DNA of 63,017 bases, filler included, from Thraustochytrium aureum (GCA_012862495.1; 4 parts of 3 records of this genome joined end to end with filler, not necessarily neighbours in it); one strand, 5' to 3'; positions 9,063 through 21,860 are shown, counted from the first letter of the whole stretch. Numbers and translations are program-made. The notes: generated from the sequence alone by a model not told the origin.

Positions 9063-12000
9063 ATGGGGTCACGCCGGCAGCCCTCGGAGCTCGCCGCGCT
9101 GTATGACAACGCGTTCGCGCTGGCGCAGCGCGTCGAGGCGGCCACAGGCGTCGGGGAGCGGCGTAGGGCGATGGCCGCCGCGGTTGACGCGTTCATGGAG
9201 GCGCGCAAGCNNNNNNNNNNNNNNNNNNNNNNNNNNNNNNNNNNNNNNNNNNNNNNNNNNNNNNNNNNNNNNNNNNNNNNNNNNNNNNNNNNNNNNNNNN
9301 NNNNNNNNNNNNNNNNNNNNNNNNNNNNNNNNNNNNNNNNNNNNNNNNNNNNNNNNNNNNNNNNNNNNNNNNNNNNNNNNNNNNNNNAGGCAGACGAGGC
9401 AGTGACCCGCGCGCTCAAGGCAGACCAGGGAGGGCGACCAGGACACCGCGCAAGAGCTGTACGTCAAGGCCGCCCAGGCCTACCTGCTGGCGCTCAAGCA
9501 GAGCGGCCTCGAGCCCGTGCAGACGCTCCGCTGGCGCACGCGTGCCGACAAGGTGATCAACCGCGTCGGAGAGATCAAGAAGGAGCGCGCCAAGCGGGAC
9601 GCCAAGCGCGCCGCGCAAAACCAGCCCCTTGTCGTCGGCACGCCCTACACGAGCGACGAAATTGACGTCCTGCGCGAATCAAGCAAAATCAACGGCAACA
9701 TGTTCCTCCCATGGGACCCTGACGACGCTCAAGCCATCGCAGCCGAGGCCCGCGTCCACAAACCCGGCGCCAAACCCTTCGTCGACCCCGACGGCAAACT
9801 GCGCCTCGCCGAGGAGCAAAAGCGCGCCCTGGGCGCGTGGAAGCGCGCGCCAGACCTCGTGGTTGGCCCCAAGCCGCCATGCATCATTGCGCGCGTCGCC
9901 GCGGAGAACATCACGCAAGACCTCGTCGGAGACTGCAGCTTTGTCAGCTCGCTCTGCATCGCTGCCCACCACGAGCGCCGGTTCAAGATCCCGCTCGTCT
10001 CCAACATCATCTTTCCGCAGGACGAATCAGGAAACCCAATCGTCAACCCGGCAGGCAAGTACATGGTCAAGCTCTGGTACAACGGCGCCCCGCGCCGCGT
10101 CGTCATCGACGATAGGTTCCCTGCTGGCCCCGACAATCGGTGGCTGTGCTCGTTTTCGCGCGACCGCTCGGAGCTGTGGGTCTCGCTCATCGAAAAGGCA
10201 TACATGAAACTCAACGGCGGCTTTGACTTTCCTGGCAGCGTGTCCGGAATCGACCTCTACGCACTGACGGGCTGGATCCCAGAGGTCCACCAGATCTCTC
10301 AGGACGCCGTCAACCAGCACGGCGCTGCCCCGGACGACGAGCAGACCTGGCAAAAGCTTATTTCCGCCGCGCAGCACGGCGACGTGCTCATGACCGTTGC
10401 CACCGGCGAGATCTCGCCGCAGCGCGCAGAGGCGCTCGGCCTTGTCCCGACGCACGCCTACGCCGTGCTCTGCGTCTGCGAGGTTCAGGGCAAGCGCCTC
10501 ATACAGCTGAAAAACCCGTGGGCGCGAGTCAGCTGGAAGGGCAACTACAGCGCCTTTGACGCGACCCGCTGGACGCCAGAGCTGCGCCGCGCCTTGCACT
10601 ACGACCCCGAGGCCGCGCGCTCGCGCGACCATGGCATCTTCTGGATCGACTTTGAGTCGCTGATCGAGTCCTTCCATGCGATTTACATGAACTGGAACCC
10701 CCGGCTTTTCGCCTCGCGCCTCGAGGTCCACCGCGCCTGGCCCCACCTCGCAGGGCCGCGCAACGACACCTTCAACGTGGGCGCGAACCCTCAGTTTGCG
10801 CTTGACGTCAACGTCCCCGGCGACGCGGAAGGAATCGTCTGGCTGCTCCTCACGCGCCACGTCACTCACAAGCTGCAGCTCCTCAGCATGGACAAGGGCG
10901 ACTTTCTGACCCTCAGCGTGTACGACGGCAAGGGGGGGCGCCGCGTCTACTACCCTGAGAAGCCCATGATCCGCGGCGTGTATAGCAACAACCCGCACTG
11001 CCTAATCGCCTTCCAGGCCCCGCCTGGGCGCTCGCGCTACACGCTCGTCGTCTCCCTCTTCGAGAAGAAGCGGGCGGTCAGCTATACGCTCACCGTTTTC
11101 GCCTCCAAGCACTGCGCCGCCCCGCCGCCAGAAATCAGCGACGTCCCGCTCGCGCTCTCTCACGTGCGCGAGATCAAGCAAGCGTGGCAGCCGCACACCG
11201 CTGGTGGCTGCCCTCGCTACCCAACCTTTCACCACAACCCGCAGTGGCGTCTCACCGTTGGCGACACCGCGGCCATCAAAGACCTCCACATCCGCCTCCT
11301 CGCGCCAAAGGACGTGCCCATCAACGTCCGCGTCTTTCGCCCGCGCAATTCGGTCTGTGCCACAAGGGTGGATTGCGCCGACCCGAAGCTCGAGTTGGCC
11401 ACCTCAGGCCAGTACCGCAAAGGGTTTTGCATTCTCGAAAGGTTTGCCGAGGACAGCGGTCCTGGGCTTGAGGGCACACATCTGGAAGCCCTGCAACCGG
11501 GCTCGCAGCACACTCTCGTCGTCTCCACCTTTCGCCCAAACGAGACGGTCCCTTATCACCTTTTCGTCGAGGCGTCGGCCGGCTTCTCGCTCGACCCGCT
11601 GCCCTACGAGGGCGAAGGGCTGTCGTTCACGCACACCATGAAGGGCTCGTGGCGAGGAGAAACGGCGGCTGGCTGCCCCAACTTTGGCCAGTACCATCGC
11701 AACCCGGCGTTCCCCATCTCGAACAACGCAAACCACCAAGTCAAAGTCTGCATGCGCTTGCAGTTCTGCCCCCCGGCTAGCGACGCCGCCGAGTGGAGGG
11801 CTTGGCCCTCGCTCAACGTGTCGGTCTTCAAAGTGCGGCGGGGCCAGACCGCGATTGACGCCGACAGCAGCATCACAAACGCCGTTCTCTCGTCGAACGC
11901 CGGCGTCTACCTCAACCCGCCTTGCGGAGCGCATATCCCGGTCTCCTTCCTTGGTCCCGGTGACTACCTCGTCGTGCCAAGCACCTTCAACCCCAGCGTG

Positions 12001-12414
12001 GGCGACTTTGTGATCGAGATGTTTGTGTCCGAGGACATCATTTCCGACCCGGATGTGAACGGCTTCCGCAGCCTGAGCCTCCTCAAGCGAGCGAGCTCCT
12101 TCATGCTCCCGCTTCCGCCGCCGCCGCCTCTCCCAGGGCAGGCGCAGGCGCAGACTCAGGTCCGGCACACGCCTGCGGGCGTCACGCCGCCTAGCCCGCC
12201 ATCCACTGCAAGCGACATCTCTGACTTCGAGTCGGCCGCGCAGTTCACGCCCGAGGATTTGGAGCCCAACTTTGTGCGCACGGCTCGCAAGATTCTCGAC
12301 GAGATCGAGGGCGAGCGCAACGGTGCATCGCGGATGGGATACAGCGCCGACGACTCGGACGACAGCGACGAAGGTGGCTACAGGTTGCGCACCAACGCCC
12401 CGGTCGCCTTGTAG
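9063..12414 (+). CDS. CAPN7: Calpain-7/PalB-like cysteine protease (MIT-like N-terminus, CysPc, domain III-like repeats)
   Basis: Catalytic triad motifs ITQDLVGDCSFVSSL (Cys), PTHAYAV (His), LKNPW (Asn); LWVSLIEKAYMKLNGG. Helical MIT-like segments from ATG 9063 cross a gap and a frameshift near 9430. Repeated GGCP..NPQ/NP CBSW-type motifs; no EF hands seen. Confidence 0.9.
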
Positions 12415-13930
12415 ATTAGTTGGCGAGAACAGCGCGACTCGGGCGCTATTCGGTTCCTGCTTTGCTGGTAGTGTGACGGCTGCCCGACGTGTGGTGTTGA
12501 CGAGCGAGTGCTTGAGTTTGCGGGCAAAACCGGAGTCCGAACGACCGGGATTTTTTTGGATGCGGCTTCTTGATTCAGGACAAGTGCTCGAAACGTTCGC
12601 ACGAGCACTCCTTTTGTGCGTCCTTCTTGTATTCGCGACCGCGGGTACGGAGCGGGCGGAAGTCATGGCCACACCGCGTACCCCATATTCAGTGAGAGTT
12701 TACATCCAAGAACGCAACGAGTTTTTATACTTGCCAGTTGCGTCTGTCAGGTGGGACATTCTTTCGCGTCTGCAGTGCAACATGAAACAATCCTCGGCTC
12801 ACCCCACCAATCACGCTTGGGGGAGTTTGAAGCGCCAGTGATTCCGGTTCATCAGAACAGACTCGGATGCTGCAAAACCGAAAGCAACCGAGGCAACCGC
12901 AAAGAAACCCAACCTGGTCTTATCACAGTCATGGGTGGGACGTACTCAACGAAAGGTTGCAGGCAGCAGAGTGATGCGTCTAACTGCTTGCGGCGCGCTG
13001 GTCCTCCAAGCTGTTGAACCTCCGCCGAGCGGCTGGTGAACGGTCCTAAAGCTTTGTCGTGATGGACGAGGGTTTTTTCATTCAGCTGGCCATGAGAACG
13101 CCTCCCAGCGTCGCCGTCGAATCAACTCCCACCAGCTTTTGATTGAGCCATTCACGTCGTTTGACACGCATTATTTTGAAGAGGCTGGCCAGGCGGACGA
13201 GACACATTGAGCCAAGATTCCTGAACTGCAAACGGCGGTCACTGCGAGGTCCTGCTGACAGAGTTGCCGCGCTTGCGGGGGGGGACGTGGAGATTGTGGT
13301 CGTGTGCAACAGCAGCAAGGCCACCGCATCAACACCAGGAAAAGGTAGGTACGAAACGCGTTGTGGCGCTCTAGCGCCAGCTCTCGATCCGTCGTTCCAA
13401 ACTCGAACGAGCTTCAGGGACGAACCCATACTGAGGAAGAATAGTCCTTTGCGTTGGACAAGAAACCCAGGAGTTAGTTGGTAGCACTTGCGTAAGAGCA
13501 ACAAGGCTTGCCTGTGCACTGGCAGCCGAGACGGCCTCCTTTCCGCGATGATAGCGCCGAGGGTCGGAACTCGCCACTAGTCGCTCTTGCTCGCTGTTGA
13601 GCAACCGCTCGAAGCCATAGTTTGGTGGTTCACGTGAAATCTACGTAGCTTTTACGCTCTCTAGCTAGGTACTCTACCTACTGACGCGCGCCGCGAGGAC
13701 AATGCGCTTGCAGATGAGTCGCCTGTGTCGGTTCCTGTTGGCCTGCTGTGTGNNNNNNNNNNNNNNNNNNNNNNNNNNNNNNNNNNNNNNNNNNNNNNNN
13801 NNNNNNNNNNNNNNNNNNNNNNNNNNNNNNNNNNNNNNNNNNNNNNNNNNNNNNNNNNNNNCTCGGGTGCGAGTGTACGCACCGGTAAGCGAGAGCATAC
13901 TCGGAGACACGGTGAAAAGTGCCGAAAATC

Positions 13931-16272
13931 TCACTCGCCAGACTTGGCGGAGCGGTAGAGCGGCGCAAAGCGCTGGATCAAGTAGCAACCCCTCCTGTCG
14001 AAAATGCAGTGCCGCTCCATCGGCATCTCGAGCTCCGCGCCAGGCTCGGTCACAAGACCCCTGTAGTTGCGCCGCACCGCCTTGCACGCTTTGCGGTACC
14101 TTGCTTGTCCATTCTTGCCTGCTCCGAACTCGCCGCGCTCGCTCTGGAGAGCGACGGCCTCGCAAGGGTCTGCCTGCTGCGCTGACGGCTCGCAAATGTG
14201 GTTGCGCATGCCGAGCGCAATTCGGGTCGGGTCTCTCTTGTGGCGGAATCCGTCCCCGAGCCAGATCGCGTCGCACGCGCACTCGAAGAACGCGGCCGGC
14301 TTGGACCTCTTGGTCGACTGGAAGCAAATCACCTTGGTGCGAACGTCGCTGTTCGCGCGAAACTGCTCGACGGCGGCACAGGCGTTCTTCAGCGCGGTTT
14401 TCCCCGGGACGTTGGGCTCGCGCGGGATCCCGTCCGAAAGCAGCACGATCGTCGGGTTGTCCGTGATGCTTGCGAGTGCGGCGCCATAGTCGGCGCCGAA
14501 GATCTGCGGGTAGTTGGTGCCCCTCGTGGTTTCGGTCGAGCCCGTGACCAGGCCGTCGATGGCAGCCTTGAGCGACGAAGCGTCGTACGAGTCGTGCGAT
14601 CCAAGCTCTGCGATGGGCACAACTTCCGTCACCGACGGACCAAAGCTGACGACGGCGAGCTGGGCCCCAAACTCGCCGATGAAGAGCTCCTCGACGAGGC
14701 TCTTGGCCACGGCCGCCTGCGCGGCAAGGTTGTTGTTATTGATGTTGACCGAGCTGTCGATGGCGACGAGAACCCGCGCGTTGCTGCAGAATCCAAACGC
14801 GGAAGGCGCAAGCGTCGGCGCGACAGACGGCGAGGCGGAAGGGCTCTTACTCGGCGTCGGTGGACCGCTCGCTGATGGGCTCATCGAGGGGCTCGTTGGG
14901 AGCGTCGCAAGCTCATAGACGCGGACGTGGCCATGGTAGTCGCCCTCGTTGCCATAAACTTTGTTGTACCGCGCCCCGATCGCAACGGTTGCGCCGTCCG
15001 AAGACAGCGAGACGGATCCGCCCGAGTAGTCGTATCGAGCCTCCCCCTCGATGTCGTCGCCTAATTGCTCCCAGGTCTGGGCAGTTGTGTTGAAGCGGTA
15101 AACCCGAACATGGCCCACTGCGCAATAGTCCACGTCGCAGCTCCTTCCGTTATTTTTCGGAGCCCCGATCGCGACCGTTCTGCCGTCTGACGACAGCGAG
15201 ACCGACGTACCCGAGAGGTCGCTAGCTGCTTCACCGTCAATGTCGCCGCCGAGTTGCACCCAGGCCTGCACAGTTGGGTTGAACTGGTAGACGCGCACAT
15301 GCCCCGACTCCCTGACGCAGTCGCTTTCATCATCAGAGTACGAGCCGTTCAAAGCGGAAGAAACATAAGTGCCACAGTCGGTTCCTTGGTCGTTGCAGGC
15401 GCCCCGATCGCGACTGTAGAGCCGTCCGACGACAGAGTGACCGATGAGCCAGCGCCGTCTTCAAAATTCTCGCCCTCCATGCTGTCACCGAGTTGTTCCC
15501 AGGCCTGCTTTGTTTGGTCGAAGCGGTACACGCGGACTTGGCCGACCTCGCAGCCGTAGATTCCATAGAACCTGTCGCAGGTATCCCCGTCATTGCCAGA
15601 CGCCCCGATCGCGACCGTTCCGCCGTCTGAAGACAGCGAGATGGAGGACCCGAAAAAATCGCGGGTTGCCACTCCGGCAAGGACGCCGCCGAGTCGTTCC
15701 CAGGCCTGCGTTGTCGAGCTGTATCGATGAACGCTGACTTGGCCGGTGAAGTCTTCGGCATAGTCTGCCCCGATTGCAAGTGTTCTACCGTCTGCAGACA
15801 GCGAGACCGAGATTCCAAAATTGCCATAGTCCGCCACACCGCGAATGTCGCCCCCGAGCTGTTCCCAGGCCTGCAAAGCTTCGTTGAACCGATAGACGCG
15901 GACGTGGCCGACTCTCATGCCTTGCCATTGGTTACGTGGGGCCCCGATGGCAACCGTTTTGCCGTCCGACGACAGGGAGAGTGAAGAGCCGAACTCGTCA
16001 CCATTCGCCTCACCCTCAATGTCGGCCCCGAGTCGTTCCCAGCCTTGGCGAGTTGAGTCGAATTGGTACATGCGGGCACGGCCCGCGCCGTTGCCATTTG
16101 CCCCGATCGCAATCGTTCTGCCGCCCGACGACAGCGAGACTGAGGTGCCAGAGTATTCGGTGGCCAGCTCGCCGTCAATGTCGTCGCCAAGTCGGGTCCA
16201 TGCGGTGTCTTGGGCCTGGGACGAAACAATCGCCACGAGCATGAGCGCCACTTGAAGTGTGAGGGGACGCAT
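13931..16272 (-). CDS. Secreted FG-GAP/integrin-alpha-like 7-bladed beta-propeller + S/P/T linker + vWA domain protein
   Basis: Signal peptide MRPLTLQVALMLVAIVSSQA. Seven GxSVSLSSDGxTVAIGA...G(H/Q)VRVY blades. One frameshift near 15400 joins ORFs 15349..16272 and 13931..15352. vWA motifs VLVAIDSSVN, LAVVSFG, GTNY, IVLLSDG. Confidence 0.85.
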
Positions 16273-17721
16273 GGTGATGGCGCGAGGCGAGCACCACAGG
16301 GTATCGCGGTAAATGATATGTTGCTTTCTTGCTGCTGCAGGTTGGCTTGGGGTTGTTGCGCCCGGAGCGCGCTTTCTGGTGGGCTTCTACCTCGCTTCTT
16401 GCAGGCGCTGCTTCTCGCGGACTGGGTTGGCGAGCCGAATGGTGACTGGCGTGGTCTGGCGCTTTGGCTCCGTTCAGTCAACTTGGCTGGGTCTGGCTAC
16501 TGCAAGGTGGATGGATATCTGCGGCCCCNNNNNNNNNNNNNNNNNNNNNNNNNNNNNNNNNNNNNNNNNNNNNNNNNNNNNNNNNNNNNNNNNNNNNNNN
16601 NNNNNNNNNNNNNNNNNNNNNNNNNNNNNNNNNNNNNNNNNNNNNNNNNNNNNNNNNNNNNNNNNNNNNNNNNNNNNNNNNNNNNNNNNNNNNNNNNNNN
16701 NNNNNNNNNNNNNNNNNNNNNNNNNNNNNNNNNNNNNNNNNNNNNNNNNNNNNNNNNNNNNNNNNNNNNNNNNNNNNNNNNNNNNNNNNNNNNNNNNNNN
16801 NNNNNNNNNNNNNNNNNNNNNNNNNNNNNNNNNNNNNNNNNNNNNNNNNNNNNNNNNNNNNNNNNNNNNNNNNNNNNNNNNNNNNNNNNNNNNNNNNNNN
16901 NNNNNNNNNNNNNNNNNNNNNNNNNNNNNNNNNNNNNNNNNNNNNNNNNNNNNNNNNNNNNNNNNNNNNNNNNNNNNNNNNNNNNNNNNNNNNNNNNNNN
17001 NNNNNNNNNNNNNNNNNNNNNNNNNNNNNNNNNNNNNNNNNNNNNNNNNNNNNNNNNNNNNAACCAAATGCAAATCGAAGGTATCCAGGTATCGCAGAAC
17101 TTGCTGAATGGCAGCCTTATGGATGGACACGAGACGTGGAAGACAAACTTGTTGATGATCACCTGCGGATCAAAGCAATTGGCCCAAGCAACTGACTCGC
17201 GACCTTGATCTCTTTCGTTGTCATGGCCTCTGGTGGCCAGGGCAAGCCGCTGTTTTTCTTAGTGTTTCTTCTCTTTTTTTAAAACTGGACCAGCGACTTG
17301 TCCCGCGCGTTGCGAATGGTGGACGTTTCGTGTCATCTCTCCGCCACAAGGCTGTCATTTGTCAACTACAGCGTCACCCCGTCTCCCGTGGCGTAGCGCA
17401 GTGCCGTGTGCCCTGTAGTCTAGAGAGCTAGTAGCTCAAATGAGTGCAGCAACCATGGATCGTTTCCTTCTTGGTTAAGAAAGGCAGCGATAGTCTCGCA
17501 GTCTGTGCTGCCAAAGGTTCCGGTCTGCCGCATCCAAACCAGCCACGTCGTTCTCTTTCCCCGGGCCGTGCGTGTGGTTCGACCGTGCCAGCAAACTTGG
17601 AAGTTCGCACGTCTCGTTCTTCGTTCGCATGAGGTCCAAGACATCCAGCTGCGCTGCAGCGAGAATGATCCTCCTTGCTAGCAGTTTACAAGTAGGCCTA
17701 CTCAGGAGTAGAGTACAATAC

Positions 17722-20700
17722 TTACAGTCCGCATTCCAGGCAGGCACATACTACAATCACAGTACGGCTCTCGCAGCTCGCTGTGCAGTCAGCTGCGCTT
17801 GCCAATTCGCGTAAAGTCGCAAAAAAAACGCGGCGCTTCAAAATCGCTGCTCCGTACGCCTCGGCGCGCGACCCGAGGCCCCGGCGAACGACCGCGTTCC
17901 GCGCAAACGCGCGCCACTCGCCGTACGCGCGCCACACAGACCGCCGCTCCAGCAACAACGTCGCCTGGCGGAGCTGCGCCAACGATTCCGCCTTCTCGAA
18001 AGCTGCACCTCGTCGCCAAGCCGCAAATGCAAGCCGAGCTAGGCCGCGCAGTCGCTGTGCAGCCGCCCGCTCGGCGAGTTCGCGCCGGCCCTTGGCGGCA
18101 CGCGCAGCCGCTATCCAAGCCGCCCAGACCCGCGCAAAACAACGCCGCTGACACAGCTGAGCCCTCTCGAGCCGCGCACGTGCGGCCGCAGCTCGCCATG
18201 CAGCCAGGGCGCGGCAGGTCAAGCGCCGTCGGTGCATCCGATTGGCACGCGCCTCGTCCCTCCACGCGCGCAGTGTGGCGTGGGCGAGCCGCAATAGGCG
18301 GAGGCGGATCACGCGCTCCGCTCTCACTTCGAGCTCCTGGTCGCGCACAAGTGATAATCGTTGGCTCTCGACGGCGAGCACGAACGAGCGCCACGCAACG
18401 AAGACGCGCCGCAACGCGTAAGCACTCGCCAGCGCTGAGGCAAGCTTGCGAAGGGCGCTGCGCAGCGCCTGGCGGCGTCGAAGGCGGCCCAGTGCGCTGC
18501 GGCGCGCCCACCTCCGCCAGAGTCTCGCAAGCGTAAGCTTGGAGAACCTCGCAGCAACATGCGCGCAAATGGCGCTTTCCGCGTCGCGCCTTTCCTCAAT
18601 AAGCGAGCGCCAGGTCGCAAAAGTCCTGCCGACAACCTCTGCTTGGCGCGCCGCGCGGTCGACCATCGTCTGGCCGGCCCGCCGCGCGCACCGCAAAACG
18701 CGCGTGTTGTGCAACCAAGTCTGGAAGGCCCACCTTCCTCGGCTAAAGCGCACCGCCCCAACGACGCCGATCCACACCCGCAACGCGCTCGCCAGCGTTT
18801 GGCGCGTCAGCAGTTTTGCCTCCAGCGCCTGCGCCCAAATGTGTAGCGCGCGCCGCTGTCTACAGTGGATGATTTTCACGGAGGTCGCCCGGTCTGCTCC
18901 TTTGCGACTTGCGTTGGCACCCATGCGCCGCAACGCCCTGCGCTTTAGGGCAGCTTGGATCTCAACAGCGTGGCCTCTTTCCTTGCGCCGCGTTGCTACC
19001 TCACGGCGGAGGGCTTTAAAAACCTGCGGTCCTCGCGACGCGACCGCGCAGGAGCGGCGGACGGCCATTTCGTCAGCCCTTTTCGCACTCACGTGGCCAT
19101 GGCAGCCCTGTAGCGGCCCCCTGCGCAGGGCCCAAGCCAGGACCAGCTCTCGGAGGCGCCGTTGCCGGAGCGTCACCGAACGCCACGCCTTGAAAGAGCT
19201 GCCTAGCAAGCGGAAGCATCGCCGAAGGCGGCACACTCGTCGCTGCACTACCCTGCGCGTCCACCGCAGCATGGCCCGACTCGCAAGCGCACGATCAGCG
19301 TGCGCGACAGCGGCCTTGAGCGCAGCACGGCGCCGTTGCCCCTCGCTCGCGGCCTCACATAGCATACCCAACGCCCGCTTCAGCAGCCGGGCTCGGCCTT
19401 GCCTCAGGGCGACGCGCTCCTTCTGAAGTGCAGGGCGACTCTCCACCTGCCACGCAAGCCACACGCGCTCCACCAAGACACGGGCCAGGGCAGTGCGGGC
19501 GCGTCGGGCCGCGAGAGCTTGGCGCCAGCTCTCAAGGCTCAACTGGAGTTGGACTCTCCGCCCGACAGCAGCGCAGGCGTTGCCCTTTCTACGAAGGCCA
19601 GCGCTCCAGGCAGCGTTCCCGCGCAACTTGGCCAGGCACCGCCTCTTGAGCCTGATGCGACGCTCGACGTCCAGGCCTACGAGGCGAGCCTTGCGCTCAA
19701 GGCGCGCATTTCGCGCGCGCGGCCCCACGCATTGATTCAATCGGCGCCAGGCAACAGCTAGCCTGGCTCTCCTGGCGACGCGTCTGATCAGAGCATGGCG
19801 AACACAAGCTTTGAGCGCGTGGAGGGCTGCGAGGGCGCCTCGACGCAACTTGCGCAACGCGAGCTCGCGGCAAAGTGCTTGGCGACGGGCATTACGCCAG
19901 AGCGCTTGCATGGCGCGAACCAGACGCAGGCGATCCCTTGCGCCAAGGACGCGGCGCTCCCTGGAGCGCTCGCAAGCAAACCGATGCAGCCTGGCGAGCG
20001 CAGCTCGCAGTCGGCAACGGCCGAGCTCGCTGCGGCAACGCGAACAGCGCAAAGTGCGGGCCCGATTGGCCGCGAGCTGGGCGAAAGCGAGACGGACAGC
20101 GCGCTCATCCCGCACCACTCGCAAGCGCTTCGCAGCTCGGGCCGTCGTGGCATTCTGCGACAGGGCAGCGAAACCTTGATGCAAAGAGCGATACCGCCTT
20201 GCCTGCCTGTGGGCCTCGAGTCCGGCGCGCCGCAGAGCGGCTTCTCGCAGCCCCTCGAGACCTCGACGCAGCGCTCTTGGTCTCCAGAAGGCAGCTGTGT
20301 AGACCTCAACGGCGCGCTTCGCGCGGCACTCACCTGCGTGAGCAGCGGGCGCGTCAAGGGCACGACGCATGCGCCCGACGCCCGCATTCGCGCTGAGCCT
20401 TGCAGACCTTGCCTCAAGCGCGCGCCGCACAGCGCCGCGGTCCCTAGCCGCCTCCAGTTTGGCAAGCGCACGAGCCATGCGGCGCTGTGCGATGGCACGC
20501 TCCGCCCTGCTAGCCCGGCATCCGCGCACCATGGCAGCAAAGGCCCGCGCGAGGTCCTCCGCTGCGAGACTGCGCGACACCGCGTGCCATTTACTGAACG
20601 CAAGGCGCTCGAACGCCTTGCGCAGAGAGCGCCGCCGCATAGCAAGCAAGCGCCACAGCAGGAGGGTCGCGCTCCTTTGTCGCGCTGCCATCTGCCGCGA

Positions 20701-21283
20701 AACGCTACGCGCGGCGCGAACCAGGAGGAGCGACCTTCTCCACGCCCCCAAGAGCCTTGCTCTGCACGCTGCGCGTGCGAGAAGCAACAACGCCGGCCGT
20801 GGCTCTGCGATCCCGCGCTGCGCGCTGCGCATGCCGACGAAGCTCGGCAAGTGCTGCTACCTGGCGGCGGCGGCGCATGACCTTTGTGGCCCGGCTCGCA
20901 ACCGCTCGCCTCAGGACGAGCGCGGCATGGCGAGACTTCCAGCGCGACAGGGCGCCTCGCAGCGCGGCCTCGCGCTGCACAAGGCGACAGACTCGTAGCA
21001 TTAGCGCGCTGGTGTGCCACGCGCGCAAAGCGAGCCGCAGCAGAGTCCTCGCGGCGTGGTTCGCCGCCGTGTCGAGTTGGTCACGTTGAACTCGAAAAAC
21101 GACCCTCGACCAGGCCCCTGAAGGCCAGGCAAAGGCACGCCTTCGAGCCCCGTGAAACGGCCTCTGACGCACGCACCTTGCCTTCCCGCGTCACCTTCGA
21201 CCAGGAAGAAAAGGACGCGCGCTGGAGAGCCAAACGGCGAATGGCCTTGGCCGTGTCGGCCCAGGCGCGAAAGGCGCGAGAAA
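17722..21283 (-). CDS. Sfi1-like (centrin-binding) repeat protein, 5'-truncated and frameshifted
   Basis: More than 1100 aa of R/A/L-rich helical sequence with recurring L..(A)F..W(R) motifs (RAFRAW, LALRAW, SFKAWR, TFATWR, VFVAWR, LAFAAWR), matching the Sfi1 repeat pattern A-x7-LL-x3-F-x2-W. Runs into the gap at 21284. Confidence 0.7.
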
Positions 21284-21327
21284 NNNNNNNNNNNNNNNNN
21301 NNNNNNNNNNNNNNNNNNNNNNNNNNN

Positions 21328-21339
21328 TTAATTAATTAA
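21328..21339. other. Artificial contig linker TTAATTAATTAA (six-frame stop) within N padding
   Basis: Identical 12-mer flanked by Ns, also at 43776 and 57066. Confidence 0.95.
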
Positions 21340-21795
21340 NNNNNNNNNNNNNNNNNNNNNNNNNNNNNNNNNNNNNNNNNNNNCGCCCGCAGGCAGCTTC
21401 AGGGCGGCCTTGGCCTTGCTGGGGCTCGTCCACGCAGTCAGAGCCAGGCCGACCGCCGCGTTGCCTGATTGCCGCCTGCGAGCAACAAAGGGCCGTTTCG
21501 CCTGCGCCGCAGAGTCGTCTCTGTTGTTACGTTCCTGTCCAGCGGACCTGGGCCCCTCTATTCATGGAGGTTGGATCATTTGCCGAGGGCGCGGACCTGG
21601 TTTTATTTGTCGGCCTAGAGCGCGTTTGGGATCGGATACGGGACCCGGCGCAAAATATCCTGCTGCGAGGAGGCAGGGTGGGTACTCGCAAGGTGATGAA
21701 GGCGATGACGAACTGAACTGAAGAGACCGACAGACCCCGAACGAACGAACGAGCGCAGCGGCGGCGACGGACAGCGCGCATTGGACGCGAGAGGC

Positions 21796-21847
21796 GAGGC
21801 GGCGGAGGCGGCGGAGGCGGCGGAGGCGGCGGAGGCGGCGGAGGCGC
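21796..21847. repeat. (GGCGGCGGA)n microsatellite just upstream of the ABCG start codon
   Basis: Repeated GGCGGCGGA units before ATG 21861. Confidence 0.85.
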
Positions 21848-21860
21848 AGCTGGGCTCAAG

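Noticed and set aside
12420..13750. Possible gene or degraded element between calpain and the propeller gene
   Set aside because: Short ORFs in several frames with no domain, transposase or RT motifs that I can recognise.
17783..20998. Long plus-strand ORFs (e.g. 18446..19426, 19795..20880)
   Set aside because: Antisense shadows of the GC-rich Sfi1-like CDS.
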